DNA of 64,000 nucleotides from Nitrosopumilus sp. (GTDB lineage Archaea; Thermoproteota; Nitrososphaeria; Nitrososphaerales; Nitrosopumilaceae): NCBI GenBank assembly GCA_965219345.1, contig OZ244732.1, positions 1,504,001 to 1,568,000 of the forward strand, read 5' to 3'. Shown piece by piece: positions 9,529 to 19,202 of this stretch (position 1 is its first letter; each line of letters starts with the position of its first letter). The notes under the pieces were generated by a model. It saw only the letters and a program-made list of their open reading frames with translations, ran no database searches and was not told where the DNA came from. The position numbers and the translations under genes were made by a program.

Positions 9529-9592
9529 AAAAAATTCAATATTTTACATTTTTAGTAAACATTTAATTCAATTGTGTCTTCTGTTTGAAATT

Positions 9593-11452
9593 ATGCGTAT
9601 ATTGCAACTGCATTGTGATAGTATTGAGTACACTCCAACAAAAAAGGAGATCCAATCAGCCGAAGATATTGAAAGCCCTGAAACTAAAAGATTTGAGGAA
9701 ATCGTGGTTGCATTTGTTGCAATGGAAGACGGTGATGATTCTTCAGTAGCACAAAATGCAATATCTCAAATAAAAAATTCTATGGAGAAAATTGGTTGTA
9801 AGAAATTATTGTTATACCCATACGCTCATCTTAGCTCTAATCTTGCAAAACCATCTGTTGCCATTACATTACTAAGAGAGATGGAAGATAACGCATCTGA
9901 TCTTGAAGTGTCTCATTCTCCGTTTGGCTGGACAAAATCTTACAACGTACAAGTAAAAGGACATCCACTAGCTGAAAGCTCTAAAGTAATCACAAAAGAT
10001 TCAAAAGATAATAAAGAAATTACATCTGATGCTCTAAAAGGTGAGTCCAAAATCTGTTCTTATTGGAAGATAATGTCTCCTGATGGAACAATGACTAACA
10101 TTGCTGATTTTGATTTCTCAAATCACAAAAAATTAGAAATTTTGGCAAAATATGAATCTGTAAAACAATGTCATGTAGATGAACCTCCTCCACATGTTGC
10201 GTTAATGAAGAAGATGACCATTGCAGATTACGAACCAGCTTCCGATTCTGGTAACTTGAGATTCTATCCTAATGGCCGTCTGATGAAATCTTTGATTGAA
10301 TCTTATGTAACTGATAAAGTAAAGGAATATGGCGGCTATGAAGTTGAAACCCCAATCATGTACGATTCAGATCATCCAAGCATGGTTAGCTACTTTAACA
10401 GATTTCCGGCAAGACAATACAATATTGATTCAGATGGAAAAAAACTCTTTTTGAGATTTGCTGCTTGCTTTGGCCAATTTTTAATGGCAAATCAGTATCA
10501 ATTGTCATACAAGACCTTACCATTCAAACTCTACGAGTTAACAAGGTATAGCTTTAGACGAGAACAATCAGGTGAACTTGTTGGCTTGAGAAGACTCAGA
10601 GCGTTTACAATGCCTGACTGTCATGCGTTCTGTCAAGATATGAATCAAGCAGTTGATGAGATTAAGATACGATTTGATCTATCTCAAAGTGTTCTTCAAG
10701 AATTGGGTATTGATGAGTCTGACTATGAGATGGCAATTAGATTCACCGAAGACTTTTACAATGAAAATAAATCTGTAATCGAGGAACTAGTCAAGAAACA
10801 TAGTAAGCCAGTACTAGTTGAAATGTGGAAGGAGAAATTCTTTTACTTTGTTCTAAAATGGGAGTTTAACTTTATTGATAATATGGGAAAGGCGTCTGCT
10901 CTCTCTACAGATCAGATTGATGTAGAAAATGCTAGTAGATATGGAATTGAATTTGTTGACGAGAATAATAGTACACAACATCCTATAATCTTGCATAACT
11001 CTCCCAGTGGGGCAATTGAAAGAATTCTTTATGCATTATTAGAAAAAGCTGCAAAAGACTCGAAAGAAGGAAGAAAGCCACAATATCCATTGTGGTTAGC
11101 ACCAACACAGGTTAGAGTAATCCCACTAAAAGAAGAGTTCAATGACTTTTGTGAAACCTTGACTGATAAAATTTCTAGTAATAACGTTCGCGTAGATATT
11201 GATGATAGAAATGAAAGCATTGGAAAAAGAATACGTGAAGCAGAAAAGGAATGGATTAGATACATTTTGGTTATTGGTGATAAAGAAGTAAATTCTGAAA
11301 AACTTAGCATTAGAGACAGACAGACAGGCGACGTCAGGGAGATACCATTTAATGATTTCTTAGATGAAATCAATAAGCAAACTCAAGGAAAACCTTTTAC
11401 TGGTTTGAATTTATCAAAACATCTCTCAAAGAGACCCCCATTGATGGTGTAA
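9593..11452 (+). CDS. thrS: Threonine--tRNA ligase (archaeal type)
   Basis: MRILQLHCD editing domain, YPYAHLS, LRFAACFGQF, RRLRAFTMPDCH, HNSPSGAIER. Confidence 0.97.
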   Translation: MRILQLHCDSIEYTPTKKEIQSAEDIESPETKRFEEIVVAFVAMEDGDDSSVAQNAISQIKNSMEKIGCKKLLLYPYAHLSSNLAKPSVAITLLREMEDNASDLEVSHSPFGWTKSYNVQVKGHPLAESSKVITKDSKDNKEITSDALKGESKICSYWKIMSPDGTMTNIADFDFSNHKKLEILAKYESVKQCHVDEPPPHVALMKKMTIADYEPASDSGNLRFYPNGRLMKSLIESYVTDKVKEYGGYEVETPIMYDSDHPSMVSYFNRFPARQYNIDSDGKKLFLRFAACFGQFLMANQYQLSYKTLPFKLYELTRYSFRREQSGELVGLRRLRAFTMPDCHAFCQDMNQAVDEIKIRFDLSQSVLQELGIDESDYEMAIRFTEDFYNENKSVIEELVKKHSKPVLVEMWKEKFFYFVLKWEFNFIDNMGKASALSTDQIDVENASRYGIEFVDENNSTQHPIILHNSPSGAIERILYALLEKAAKDSKEGRKPQYPLWLAPTQVRVIPLKEEFNDFCETLTDKISSNNVRVDIDDRNESIGKRIREAEKEWIRYILVIGDKEVNSEKLSIRDRQTGDVREIPFNDFLDEINKQTQGKPFTGLNLSKHLSKRPPLMV

Positions 11453-11455
11453 AAA

Positions 11456-12331
11456 ATGAGCTATCTTGATTTGTACCTAGACAATACTCCATTGATTACA
11501 TCTTCTGATGATAATTCTGAACCTGCAGCAACTATACTTGGCATACCTTTTGATGCTACTCACTCCTACAAACCTGGATGTAGATTTGGACCTGGCGCAA
11601 TTCGTGATGCGTTTAACAATATTGAGATCTTTCATCCTGAACTCCAAGTAGATTTAGAGACTGTAAATATTGAAGATTTAGGAAACACTAGACATACCGT
11701 AGTTGCATCTGAAATGATTGATATGGTAAAAAAAATTACCACTGAACTCTTAGCAAAACAAAGACAACTATTCATTTTAGGCGGAGAACACTCTATCACT
11801 TATGGCACATACACTAGTTTTCCAAAAGATACTGGTTATGTTGTATTTGATGCCCATTATGATTTACGAGATGAATTTGCAGACATTAAACTAAGTCATG
11901 CATCTTATCTCCGAAGAATAGTTGAAGAAAGAGGCCCTGAAAATATTTTACATGTTGGAGCTAGGGCATTTGTAAAAGAAGAGCTGGCATTCTTGAAAGA
12001 AAATAATATCAAAACAATTTCTGACAAAGAAATTCGAGAAGGCAAAGGACCACAACTATTACAAGACTATGTATCTACTTTTGATTCAATTTATTCTAGT
12101 TTTGATCTTGATGTACTGGATCCTGCATTTGCACCTGGTGTAGGAAACCCTGAAGCTGTTGGCATTACATCTAGAGAGCTGTTTGACCTGATCTCTTCTT
12201 TCAAAGAGACTAGGGTAACTGGCGTAGATATTATGGAACTTAACCCATACCATGATAACGGATCTACTGCATCTCTTGCAGCTAAGATAATGTCGACCAT
12301 GATAGCCATGAATTTATCACAAAATCAGTAA
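11456..12331 (+). CDS. speB: Agmatinase
   Basis: GGEHSIT, DAHYD, FDLDVLDPAFAPGVG. Confidence 0.93.
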   Translation: MSYLDLYLDNTPLITSSDDNSEPAATILGIPFDATHSYKPGCRFGPGAIRDAFNNIEIFHPELQVDLETVNIEDLGNTRHTVVASEMIDMVKKITTELLAKQRQLFILGGEHSITYGTYTSFPKDTGYVVFDAHYDLRDEFADIKLSHASYLRRIVEERGPENILHVGARAFVKEELAFLKENNIKTISDKEIREGKGPQLLQDYVSTFDSIYSSFDLDVLDPAFAPGVGNPEAVGITSRELFDLISSFKETRVTGVDIMELNPYHDNGSTASLAAKIMSTMIAMNLSQNQ

Positions 12332-12426
12332 TATTATGTTAATAATTGCCCAAAATGTGTTATTATTGTTCTAATACCTCAAAAAGCACTTTTAAGCAAA
12401 TTTATTCTTAAATTTTTGGGCATAGG

Positions 12427-12797
12427 ATGAAAAAATATGGTGTGTACTTTTAGCACTTGGATTACTACTGTTAGTGCCACTTGGCATTCAATATCAATCT
12501 GAAACAGAAGACAAAATTTCTGATGTAGAATTTACGATCGCCGATATTAATGAAGACCAATTAAGCAAGGTTGGAGTCCCATTTATTGAAAATCAAGGTC
12601 AAGGGGACGAGAAAATCAAATTCTATGCAAAAACTTTTGCAGGAGATGTTTTGGTTACAAAGATGATTTGGTCTATTCAATTCCTACTGAAACAACTGAT
12701 GGCGAATCTGCTACATATGCAATAAAAGAAAAGTTTCTTGGAGAACCACTTGATCCACAAGCTTTAGAAAAATCAATTACCAAAATGAATTATTTCT
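12427..12797 (+). pseudogene. N-terminal remnant of a secreted SBBP/beta-propeller-associated protein
   Basis: Signal-peptide-like start, PFIENQGQ.DEKIKFYAKT, then frameshifted ...KMNYF; truncated where it meets the opposite-strand surface gene. Confidence 0.55.
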
Positions 12798-12949
12798 ATG
12801 CTGAAGAAGAGTTTACAAATAACAGTGCCTGTCTGTCATTTATTTTAAATATTGTTACAAAGTCAGGACCACTTACAGTAAAGCTCAAGGTATCGCCATT
12901 CTCATCAGATGCAAATATGCTTTGAGAGTAAGAGCCGCCAGCAGGTAGT

Positions 12950-14249
12950 CAGTAGTCGGAAATGTCCCCATAAAACCAGCCAACAGATGCTCTCTGATGC
13001 GTTAACATTTTTCGATCATACAGATCTATTATCTACAGTGCCCTTACCCACCTTAGTGTTAGTGCAAAAAGGTGGGCAGGTACACCGTAACAAGATTGGA
13101 GAAAGGATACTTAATACCTTGTCAGCAATACTAGAGTCTTCATCCATAGGATTCTCTACTAGGAAGAATGCTCAATATGGGGTAAGCGAGTTTGTAGCCA
13201 TACTGATGAAGATGTCTGAATCCAACATAGCTTCCGAGGAAGCAATCAGGCTTCTCAAGCACGCAGAAAAGAAGATGCCATCACCCAAGTGGTTTCGCAA
13301 CAGGATAAACTCGCTGGGATCAGGCAGTGCAGACAAACTCTGCAGGGACATGCTCACACGCACCGCAAGACTTGCCAAGAATACATGCCGATACAAGGGA
13401 GGCGTACTAGTAGCAATAGACAAGCACCTGATACCAAGGCATGACAAGGACAACATGTCACATTTGACAAGATCCAAACCAAAGGGCGGTACAAGTAAGT
13501 TCGAGTGTTACGCAACAATGCATGTGGTAGCAGAACGGGTTCCTGCCATTTTGGAGTGCATGCAGGTAACGCGCAGCGTGGATGATGCCGATTTTGTGCG
13601 TAAATTCGTACAAAAACTCAAGGGTTACAGGATACGGGCCCGGCTGCTGCTGATGGACCGCGAGTTCTACTCTACTGAAATAATCAATCTTGTATCAGAA
13701 CATAGATGCAAGTTCCTGATGCCTGCAGTCAAGAACGCGGGGATAAAGAGGATGATACGGGAGCACCACGATAAATCACGCAAGGCAGTCTCACAGTACG
13801 CCATCAGAAACGCAGCAGGTCAGTCTGCCACATTTACATTGATAATCACGCCATCAAAAAAGATAGACGATCCTGATGCTGACATCACGGAAAGATACAA
13901 TGTCTTTGCCACCAACCTTTCCCCAGCCAAGGCATTAGAAGAGATTGAGACGCTTCCAGATGAGTACAAGAGTAGGTGGGGAATAGAGACAGGATACAAG
14001 CAGGTCGAGCAGGTGCGTCCGAGGACAACAAGCCGCAATGCGTCATTTAGGGGAATCATGTTTCACGTCTCGATGTTCATGTACAATGCATGGGCAGTGG
14101 AGCAGTACCGAACAGATTCAAATTATGATCGGGTAACCCTGGCACTTGTCGCATATGCTACGGCAATGGCTGCGTTGGAATTATGCAGGATGGCGGGTCA
14201 ACCGTATGATGTCGGAGGATCTGCCTAAGAGGCATATTTCCGACTACTG
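12950..14249 (+). mobile_element. ISH3-family (IS4 superfamily) insertion sequence, 1300 bp
   Basis: 14-bp perfect TIR CAGTAGTCGGAAAT (12950-12963 / 14236-14249); 5-bp TSD GTAGT (12945-12949 / 14250-14254). Confidence 0.92.
12987..14228 (+). CDS. ISH3-family transposase
   Basis: VAIDKHLIP, LLMDREFYS, YKSRWGIETGYKQVE (YREK-type); the true start lies inside the IS, not at 12909. Confidence 0.9.
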   Translation: MLSDALTFFDHTDLLSTVPLPTLVLVQKGGQVHRNKIGERILNTLSAILESSSIGFSTRKNAQYGVSEFVAILMKMSESNIASEEAIRLLKHAEKKMPSPKWFRNRINSLGSGSADKLCRDMLTRTARLAKNTCRYKGGVLVAIDKHLIPRHDKDNMSHLTRSKPKGGTSKFECYATMHVVAERVPAILECMQVTRSVDDADFVRKFVQKLKGYRIRARLLLMDREFYSTEIINLVSEHRCKFLMPAVKNAGIKRMIREHHDKSRKAVSQYAIRNAAGQSATFTLIITPSKKIDDPDADITERYNVFATNLSPAKALEEIETLPDEYKSRWGIETGYKQVEQVRPRTTSRNASFRGIMFHVSMFMYNAWAVEQYRTDSNYDRVTLALVAYATAMAALELCRMAGQPYDVGGSA

Positions 14250-15409
14250 GTAGTGTAAGATCATTTATTGGTTGAATTGCAGGAGATCGTACTCCAATGA
14301 GAGTAGTTGTTGTGGAATGGTTAGAATACTCTCCTATTCCTTGCGAGTTTCTTGCCTGAATTCTGTATGTGTATTGTGTGTTGTCTGTTACTGTACTGTC
14401 TGTGTAGGTATTTGTGGTGTGATCGCCATAACTATTCTCCAGTGTTACAAATGAGCCAGCTCCAGTCTGCCTTTGAATGATATAGTGTATGATGTCACTG
14501 CCGCCATCAAATGGCGGACTCCATGAGAGGACAACTGATGAGGATGTGCCAGTTGCTAGAACGTCAGTTATTGTGCTTGGTATGCTCAAATCATAGATTG
14601 CAAAATTATCAATCACCACATCTTCTGTGTTTCCATTTTCTTGGGCAGTAAACCTTACACTAAAGTCATCGTCTCTCCATGCAGAAATATCATATGTCTG
14701 AGTATGCCAGTTGCCATCAAAGTCACGCCCACTATCCCACAATTCTATCTGGTTCCAAGTAGTTCCATCATACACCTCAACTAGGACATAGTCATGTGGA
14801 GGTCGATTTCTTTCAGTGCCATCAAGAGAATTATCAAGCCACCTATCAAATTCCAGTCTTGGGTTGGCAAAACCAGATATGTCAAACTCGTTAAATGTCA
14901 TGATACACGCCACATCACAATCCCTGGAGCGTACTACATTTCCTTCTCGTCCATCAAATTCAGAACCAGATACTATCTGCCATGTGTCATAGTCATGTGT
15001 GTCAGGTGGAATCTGTGCATCTGCAATTATGCTCCAAAAGCCCAATCCGTTATCAAACGAATCTGAAACTCCAGAACCAGTAGCTGTGATGCTTTGCACA
15101 TCTATGTGTATGGTACCTGTGGTGGTATGGCCGTCTCTTCCATCAGTTGCGGTATATGTAAAAGAGTCAAACCCAATGCTACGAGGAGTATACCTTATCT
15201 GGCTTGAGGTAGGAGTGATGTTGGGTAAAGCGTTTGTATCTAGTATTCCCAAAGATGGATAACTGCCAATACTAAATGAAATGTGATCAAGGTCAGCGTC
15301 AGTTGTAGTTATAGGTATTATGATTGGCGGGCCATTTACTGTAACGTTATGATTGGTAAGTAATAATGGCGGTGTGTTTGGTACTGCAAGGAAACCACAG
15401 TCTGCCCTA

Positions 15410-15518
15410 GTTGCAGCCCCTGCACCAAAGGTTCCAGGTGCACATTCGGCTCTAGATTTATGACAGATATGGGAGGTCTAAGGTTGCAGCCCCTGCACCA
15501 AAGGTTCCAGGTGCACAT
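15410..15518. repeat. Ectopic repeat-spacer-repeat unit 3 (36-bp exact duplication around a 37-bp insert)
   Basis: GTTGCAGCCCCTGCACCAAAGGTTCCAGGTGCACAT at 15410-15445 and 15483-15518; insert 15446-15482 TCGGCTCTAGATTTATGACAGATATGGGAGGTCTAAG. Confidence 0.95.
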
Positions 15519-16221
15519 ACATCAATGGAGTAGCCTTCACGTACATTCTCAAGTGTAGTGGTGCCTGTTGGCACATCCATCCAAGTGTTGCCGTCTTTGT
15601 ATTGAGCCTCAGTAATGCGAGTACTAGGTATTGTGGAATATTGGGTAACGGGAGAGATTGTTCCTTCTGCACCAAAGTCAATATTTAGTACTCTGTCTGC
15701 TTCAAAATTCAGAGGAGATGGCGGGATTAGTCCTAGTGCTCTGCGGTCTCCATAGTACAAATTCCATGTTCCTGAATTATTTTTCTCTATTGCAAATCTT
15801 TTCTCTATTCCTATTGTATCGCCATGCGGATCTGTAATATCCTCAATGTAGATACGCTCATCCTCTTCAAAAGCTCTGGAATATGCATAGTATGCAGATT
15901 CAATTGTGACACATCTACCCTGACTATCAGGTGGATCAATCCAGCCTACAGTTATGCCGTTTTCAATCCATTGTTCTTGTACATTGCTCTGTTCTAGATG
16001 TACCCAGCCGGTAACTACTGCGCCCATCTCCTCACAGGCCTGCTCATCGATATACAAGTCTGGAATCTCAATGTTGTATCGCAATCCCTGGAATTCTGAG
16101 CCAAACGTAATTCCAGTAGTTGTTGTTGCATAACAGTGAGGATCACTACATTGTGCTGATGCGTCATAAACTGTAATTGCTGCAAATGCAACTAGCACCA
16201 CAATGAGCAATAATGGCATAA

Positions 16222-17292
16222 TCACTGCCGCTCAAATATATCTAGAAATATATCCTCGTATGTCTCCAGTGGAACACCTTTCCCCCCTACATTTAGCTCC
16301 AATGTATTGGTAAATAGTGTAACAGATTTAACATTTGGATTAGATGGTGATTCTACAAGTGTTACGTAGGTTCCGCCATGCCTTTCCTCAACTAACACTT
16401 GTGTACTGGCTCCGTTTTTAGTTATTCTATCTATTGTGCTTTGTAACATAGGAACTTCCTTGTATGGAGTTGTCCTGACAAAGATTTCAATTAAAGCAAT
16501 GTCTGATATTTCATATGTCATCATATCAGGAGTGATGGTTACCGTATTTGGAAAATAACTAATGTAAAGGCTCCCACTCTCTCCACTAGCACCGCCAAAC
16601 CATCCAGGTTGGGTAACTGTGATCCACTTTAGTTCAAAGCCTGCGGGTATTGTAGATGGCATCCACTGTCTATAGTCAATTGTATTGACATGCGTTGAAT
16701 TTGATGTAATGACATTTGCAAGTAATGTGTGTGGTGTGATTGTTCCCTCAGATAGGGATGCTGCATTATTTTGCAGTATTTGTGGAATGTCATAGAGGTC
16801 ACCTGAAAATGTCTCAGATACTGCTCTGGGTGCAGGACGTCTTAGTGTTTGTGGATCATAATATCCGTACTCTTCTCCCGAAAACTCTACATCAGAAGTT
16901 ATTGGAAACTTTACAAATTCTTTTGCTGGGTTGTTTGCTGTAGTTGCAGTAGCTAGTGTTGCTGTATCAGTCGGTGTTGCTGTATCAGTCGGTGTTTCAT
17001 GCACATCTGTATTAGAATCTGTGTCTTTTTTATCATCTATGAGTTTATCATTTGTAAACTCTGTCTTGATTATACTCCAGTCCATTCTCTCTGCTGTCTT
17101 TTCTGTAACACATGCTACTGTTCTGCTATTGCCTCGATCTACCAAGATACGATTCTCTCTGCACTGTATATCTTCAGGTAAGATGCCTAATTCTAGCTGT
17201 TTTTTTGGGGAGATATATTCAGAGTATGATGGAATAATTAATGGAGCAATACCAATTAATAATAACACAAATATGAATACAATCTTTCTCAT
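16222..17292 (-). CDS. Secreted protein with thaumarchaeal SPKKQ N-terminal domain
   Basis: Signal peptide; SPKKQLELGILPEDIQC...ACV...TAERMDW; Thr-rich linker; overlaps the start of the downstream surface gene. Confidence 0.8.
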   Translation of the reverse strand: MRKIVFIFVLLLIGIAPLIIPSYSEYISPKKQLELGILPEDIQCRENRILVDRGNSRTVACVTEKTAERMDWSIIKTEFTNDKLIDDKKDTDSNTDVHETPTDTATPTDTATLATATTANNPAKEFVKFPITSDVEFSGEEYGYYDPQTLRRPAPRAVSETFSGDLYDIPQILQNNAASLSEGTITPHTLLANVITSNSTHVNTIDYRQWMPSTIPAGFELKWITVTQPGWFGGASGESGSLYISYFPNTVTITPDMMTYEISDIALIEIFVRTTPYKEVPMLQSTIDRITKNGASTQVLVEERHGGTYVTLVESPSNPNVKSVTLFTNTLELNVGGKGVPLETYEDIFLDIFERQ

Positions 17293-17354
17293 ATGCGATC
17301 AGAGATTTTCATATATTAAAAATATGGCGACCAATTATCTATTAAATCTACATT

Positions 17355-17401
17355 GGTTCTGATGCAAAATAGCGATCTGATCACCAAAATATGCCAGAAC
17401 C
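17355..17401. mobile_element. 47-bp minimal element made of two IS6-type 23-bp ends
   Basis: GGTTCTGATGCAAAATAGCGATC + T + GATCACCAAAATATGCCAGAACC; both halves fit GGYWCTG-N12-GATC. Confidence 0.65.
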
Positions 17402-17436
17402 GATTATATTGTAGATAAAATGACAAAGAATCACTA

Positions 17437-17808
17437 ATGGGATTCATTGACTTGTTCCGCAAAAAGAAAAAACTAGAATCAACACCTGAACCAGCTAAGG
17501 AAGAACCAGCTAAGGAAGAACCAGCTAAGGAAGAACCAGCTAAGGAAGAACCAGCTAAGGAAGAACCAGCTAAGGAAGAACCAGCTAAGGAAGAACCAGC
17601 TAAGGAAGAACCAGCTAAGGAAGAACCAGCTAAGGAAGAACCAGCTAAGGAAGAACCAGCTAAGGAAGAACCAGCTAAGGAAGAACCAGCTAAGGAAGAA
17701 CCAGCTAAGGAAGAACCAGCTAAGGAAGAACCAGCTAAGGAAGAACCAGCTAAGGAAGAACCAGCTAAGGAAGAACCAGCTAAGGAAGAACCAGCTAAGG
17801 AAGAATAA
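17437..17808 (+). CDS. Low-complexity (PAKEE)21 protein, possibly truncated
   Basis: MGFIDLFRKKKK start followed only by repeats. Confidence 0.55.
   Translation: MGFIDLFRKKKKLESTPEPAKEEPAKEEPAKEEPAKEEPAKEEPAKEEPAKEEPAKEEPAKEEPAKEEPAKEEPAKEEPAKEEPAKEEPAKEEPAKEEPAKEEPAKEEPAKEEPAKEEPAKEE
17491..17805 (+). repeat. Perfect 15-bp tandem repeat (CCAGCTAAGGAAGAA)x21
   Basis: 21 identical units read directly. Confidence 0.97.
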
Positions 17809-17942
17809 AACCAATAAATTAAACTATCTTTTTGTTTATCTGTGACAGTGCACCAAAACCGAATAAACAGTTTAAGACATTTTTGATCTCTAAATTGTGA
17901 ATATAATCATCTAAAAATCAATGTTAAATAATATGAGCCAAC

Positions 17943-18083
17943 TTATCCCAATACTCTCCAATACGTCATAATTGATGCCAAGCAAACAAATGCAAGATAG
18001 TTCTCTGAACGCCTTTCATGTCTGATTCTGGTTCCGTGAAATCCGTTTTTCAACCGCGTAAGGAATCTCTCTGCAACAGATCC
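17943..18083 (-). pseudogene. IS5-family transposase C-terminal remnant
   Basis: Minus-strand translation GSVAERFLTRLKNGFHGTRIRHERRSENYLAFVCLASIMTYWRVLG*. Confidence 0.75.
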
Positions 18084-19113
18084 TGTCTTGCCTACAGGAG
18101 ATGGTTGTGTTTAGGATTTTTGCAAGGCCCAGAATATCCATTGTTATTGTCAACAGAACTACAAGAAAAACTAGCAGAATATAACAAATCAAAGATTCCT
18201 TCTGAAACTGTACGAATAAGAATAGGATTGCATGCTGGAAATTGTTTTGTAATAGAAGATATTGTAGGCAACAAAAACATCTGGGGACCTGGAATTATTT
18301 TATGCAGACGTGTAATGGACTTTGGAGATGATGGTCACATCTTAATGACTCCTAGATTAGCTGAAGACCTAAGAGAGTTATCTGATGACTATGCTAGTAT
18401 CATCAAACCAGTACATGACTTTACCATTAAACATGGAATGACATTATTAATTTATTCAGCATATGATGGTAAAACATTTGGAAATCCAAAACATCCAACC
18501 AAAGGTGAAGCACAAAAAAGCAAGTGGGGCAAAGAAATTCTCAGACTTTAACATACTACTTTGTATTCCCAAATCAAAGCTCATCTTACAGTAAGACCCA
18601 AAAACAATGTTAGTCCATCACAAACGATTTTATGAAACTGAAAACATTTCTGATGAACCAATTAAAGATGTCCTACACGGAATAGCAACTGATGTTGAAA
18701 AATATTCTCTAGATGATCTTAAAGTATACACATATGATGAAAACAATCGAGAAATGAAAATCTCTAGTATTAGCATGAATAAACCTGACATCAAAGAGTT
18801 TACCACAGGATTTATTGAACCCATTGTCAAAGGAGAGAAAGCTCGTGGGTATACAATATAATGTGAAACTGAAGAACCTGAAAGATATTATGAAAATGCG
18901 TTTTTGATTGATTGTGGCAAGTTTGAGTTGGGTCTGACATACCCAAAAAGTGATTCAATCAAAAAACCAATTCTATCTAATGTCAATTAAGAAACTGATG
19001 CAAAAACAGAATCCAATGTTGAACCAGTGATTACGGAAGATGGTGATAATATCAAAGTAATATGGAATTTAGAGTCAGTTTTGAAAGGACAGACATTTAG
19101 AATTGATTGGTAA
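18084..19113 (+). pseudogene. Adenylate/guanylate cyclase (class III) domain gene, decayed
   Basis: LPTGDG, IRIGLHAG, NIWGPGII..RRVMD; frameshift near 18105, stops at 18549, 18859 and 18988; N-terminus lost next to the IS5 remnant. Confidence 0.85.
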
Positions 19114-19202
19114 TGTCAAGCCTAGTTTTGTAAATTTTGACTTGATTTTACCTCATTTTTGTTCCTGTTCCCTTTATTAGCTAGTGATGTTGGGATTATC
19201 AC

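Larger units (their letters stand above)
12796..16225 (-). pseudogene. Secreted surface protein (Ig/cadherin-like + FN3 domains) interrupted twice
   Basis: Removing the 73-bp unit (15410-15482) and IS+TSD (1305 bp) gives one 2052-bp ORF: signal peptide...GAGAATRADCG...DADLDHISF...DSFTYTATDG...WSPPFDGGS.I.HY (FN3)...LTLPAGGSYSQSIFASDENGDTLSF. Confidence 0.88.

Noticed and set aside
12813-12829. GGCACTGT (minus strand) as another IS6-type end
   Set aside because: It lacks the GATC at positions 20-23 and lies in frame within the surface-protein coding sequence.
12909-12986. ORF-track start of the 439-aa transposase
   Set aside because: It begins outside the IS left TIR (12950) and is a read-in from flanking DNA.
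906-15482. The three inserts as copies of one tiny MITE
   Set aside because: They share no sequence. Their weak self-complementarity (TTATAC/GTATAA, CCAAG/CTTGG) and the GGCTCT start of insert 3 are compatible with chance, and a 36-bp TSD is not IS-like.
869-15518. Calling the three repeat-spacer-repeat units canonical CRISPR arrays
   Set aside because: Each has only two repeats, the repeats differ between loci and are local gene sequence, and there are no cas genes in the window.
16957-16996. 18-bp tandem duplication (TPTDTA x2)
   Set aside because: It is an ordinary in-frame linker slippage with no intervening insert, so it does not belong to the 36+37 class.
17479-17814. (FFLSW)n ORF on the minus strand
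   Set aside because: It is the antisense reading of the 15-bp repeat.
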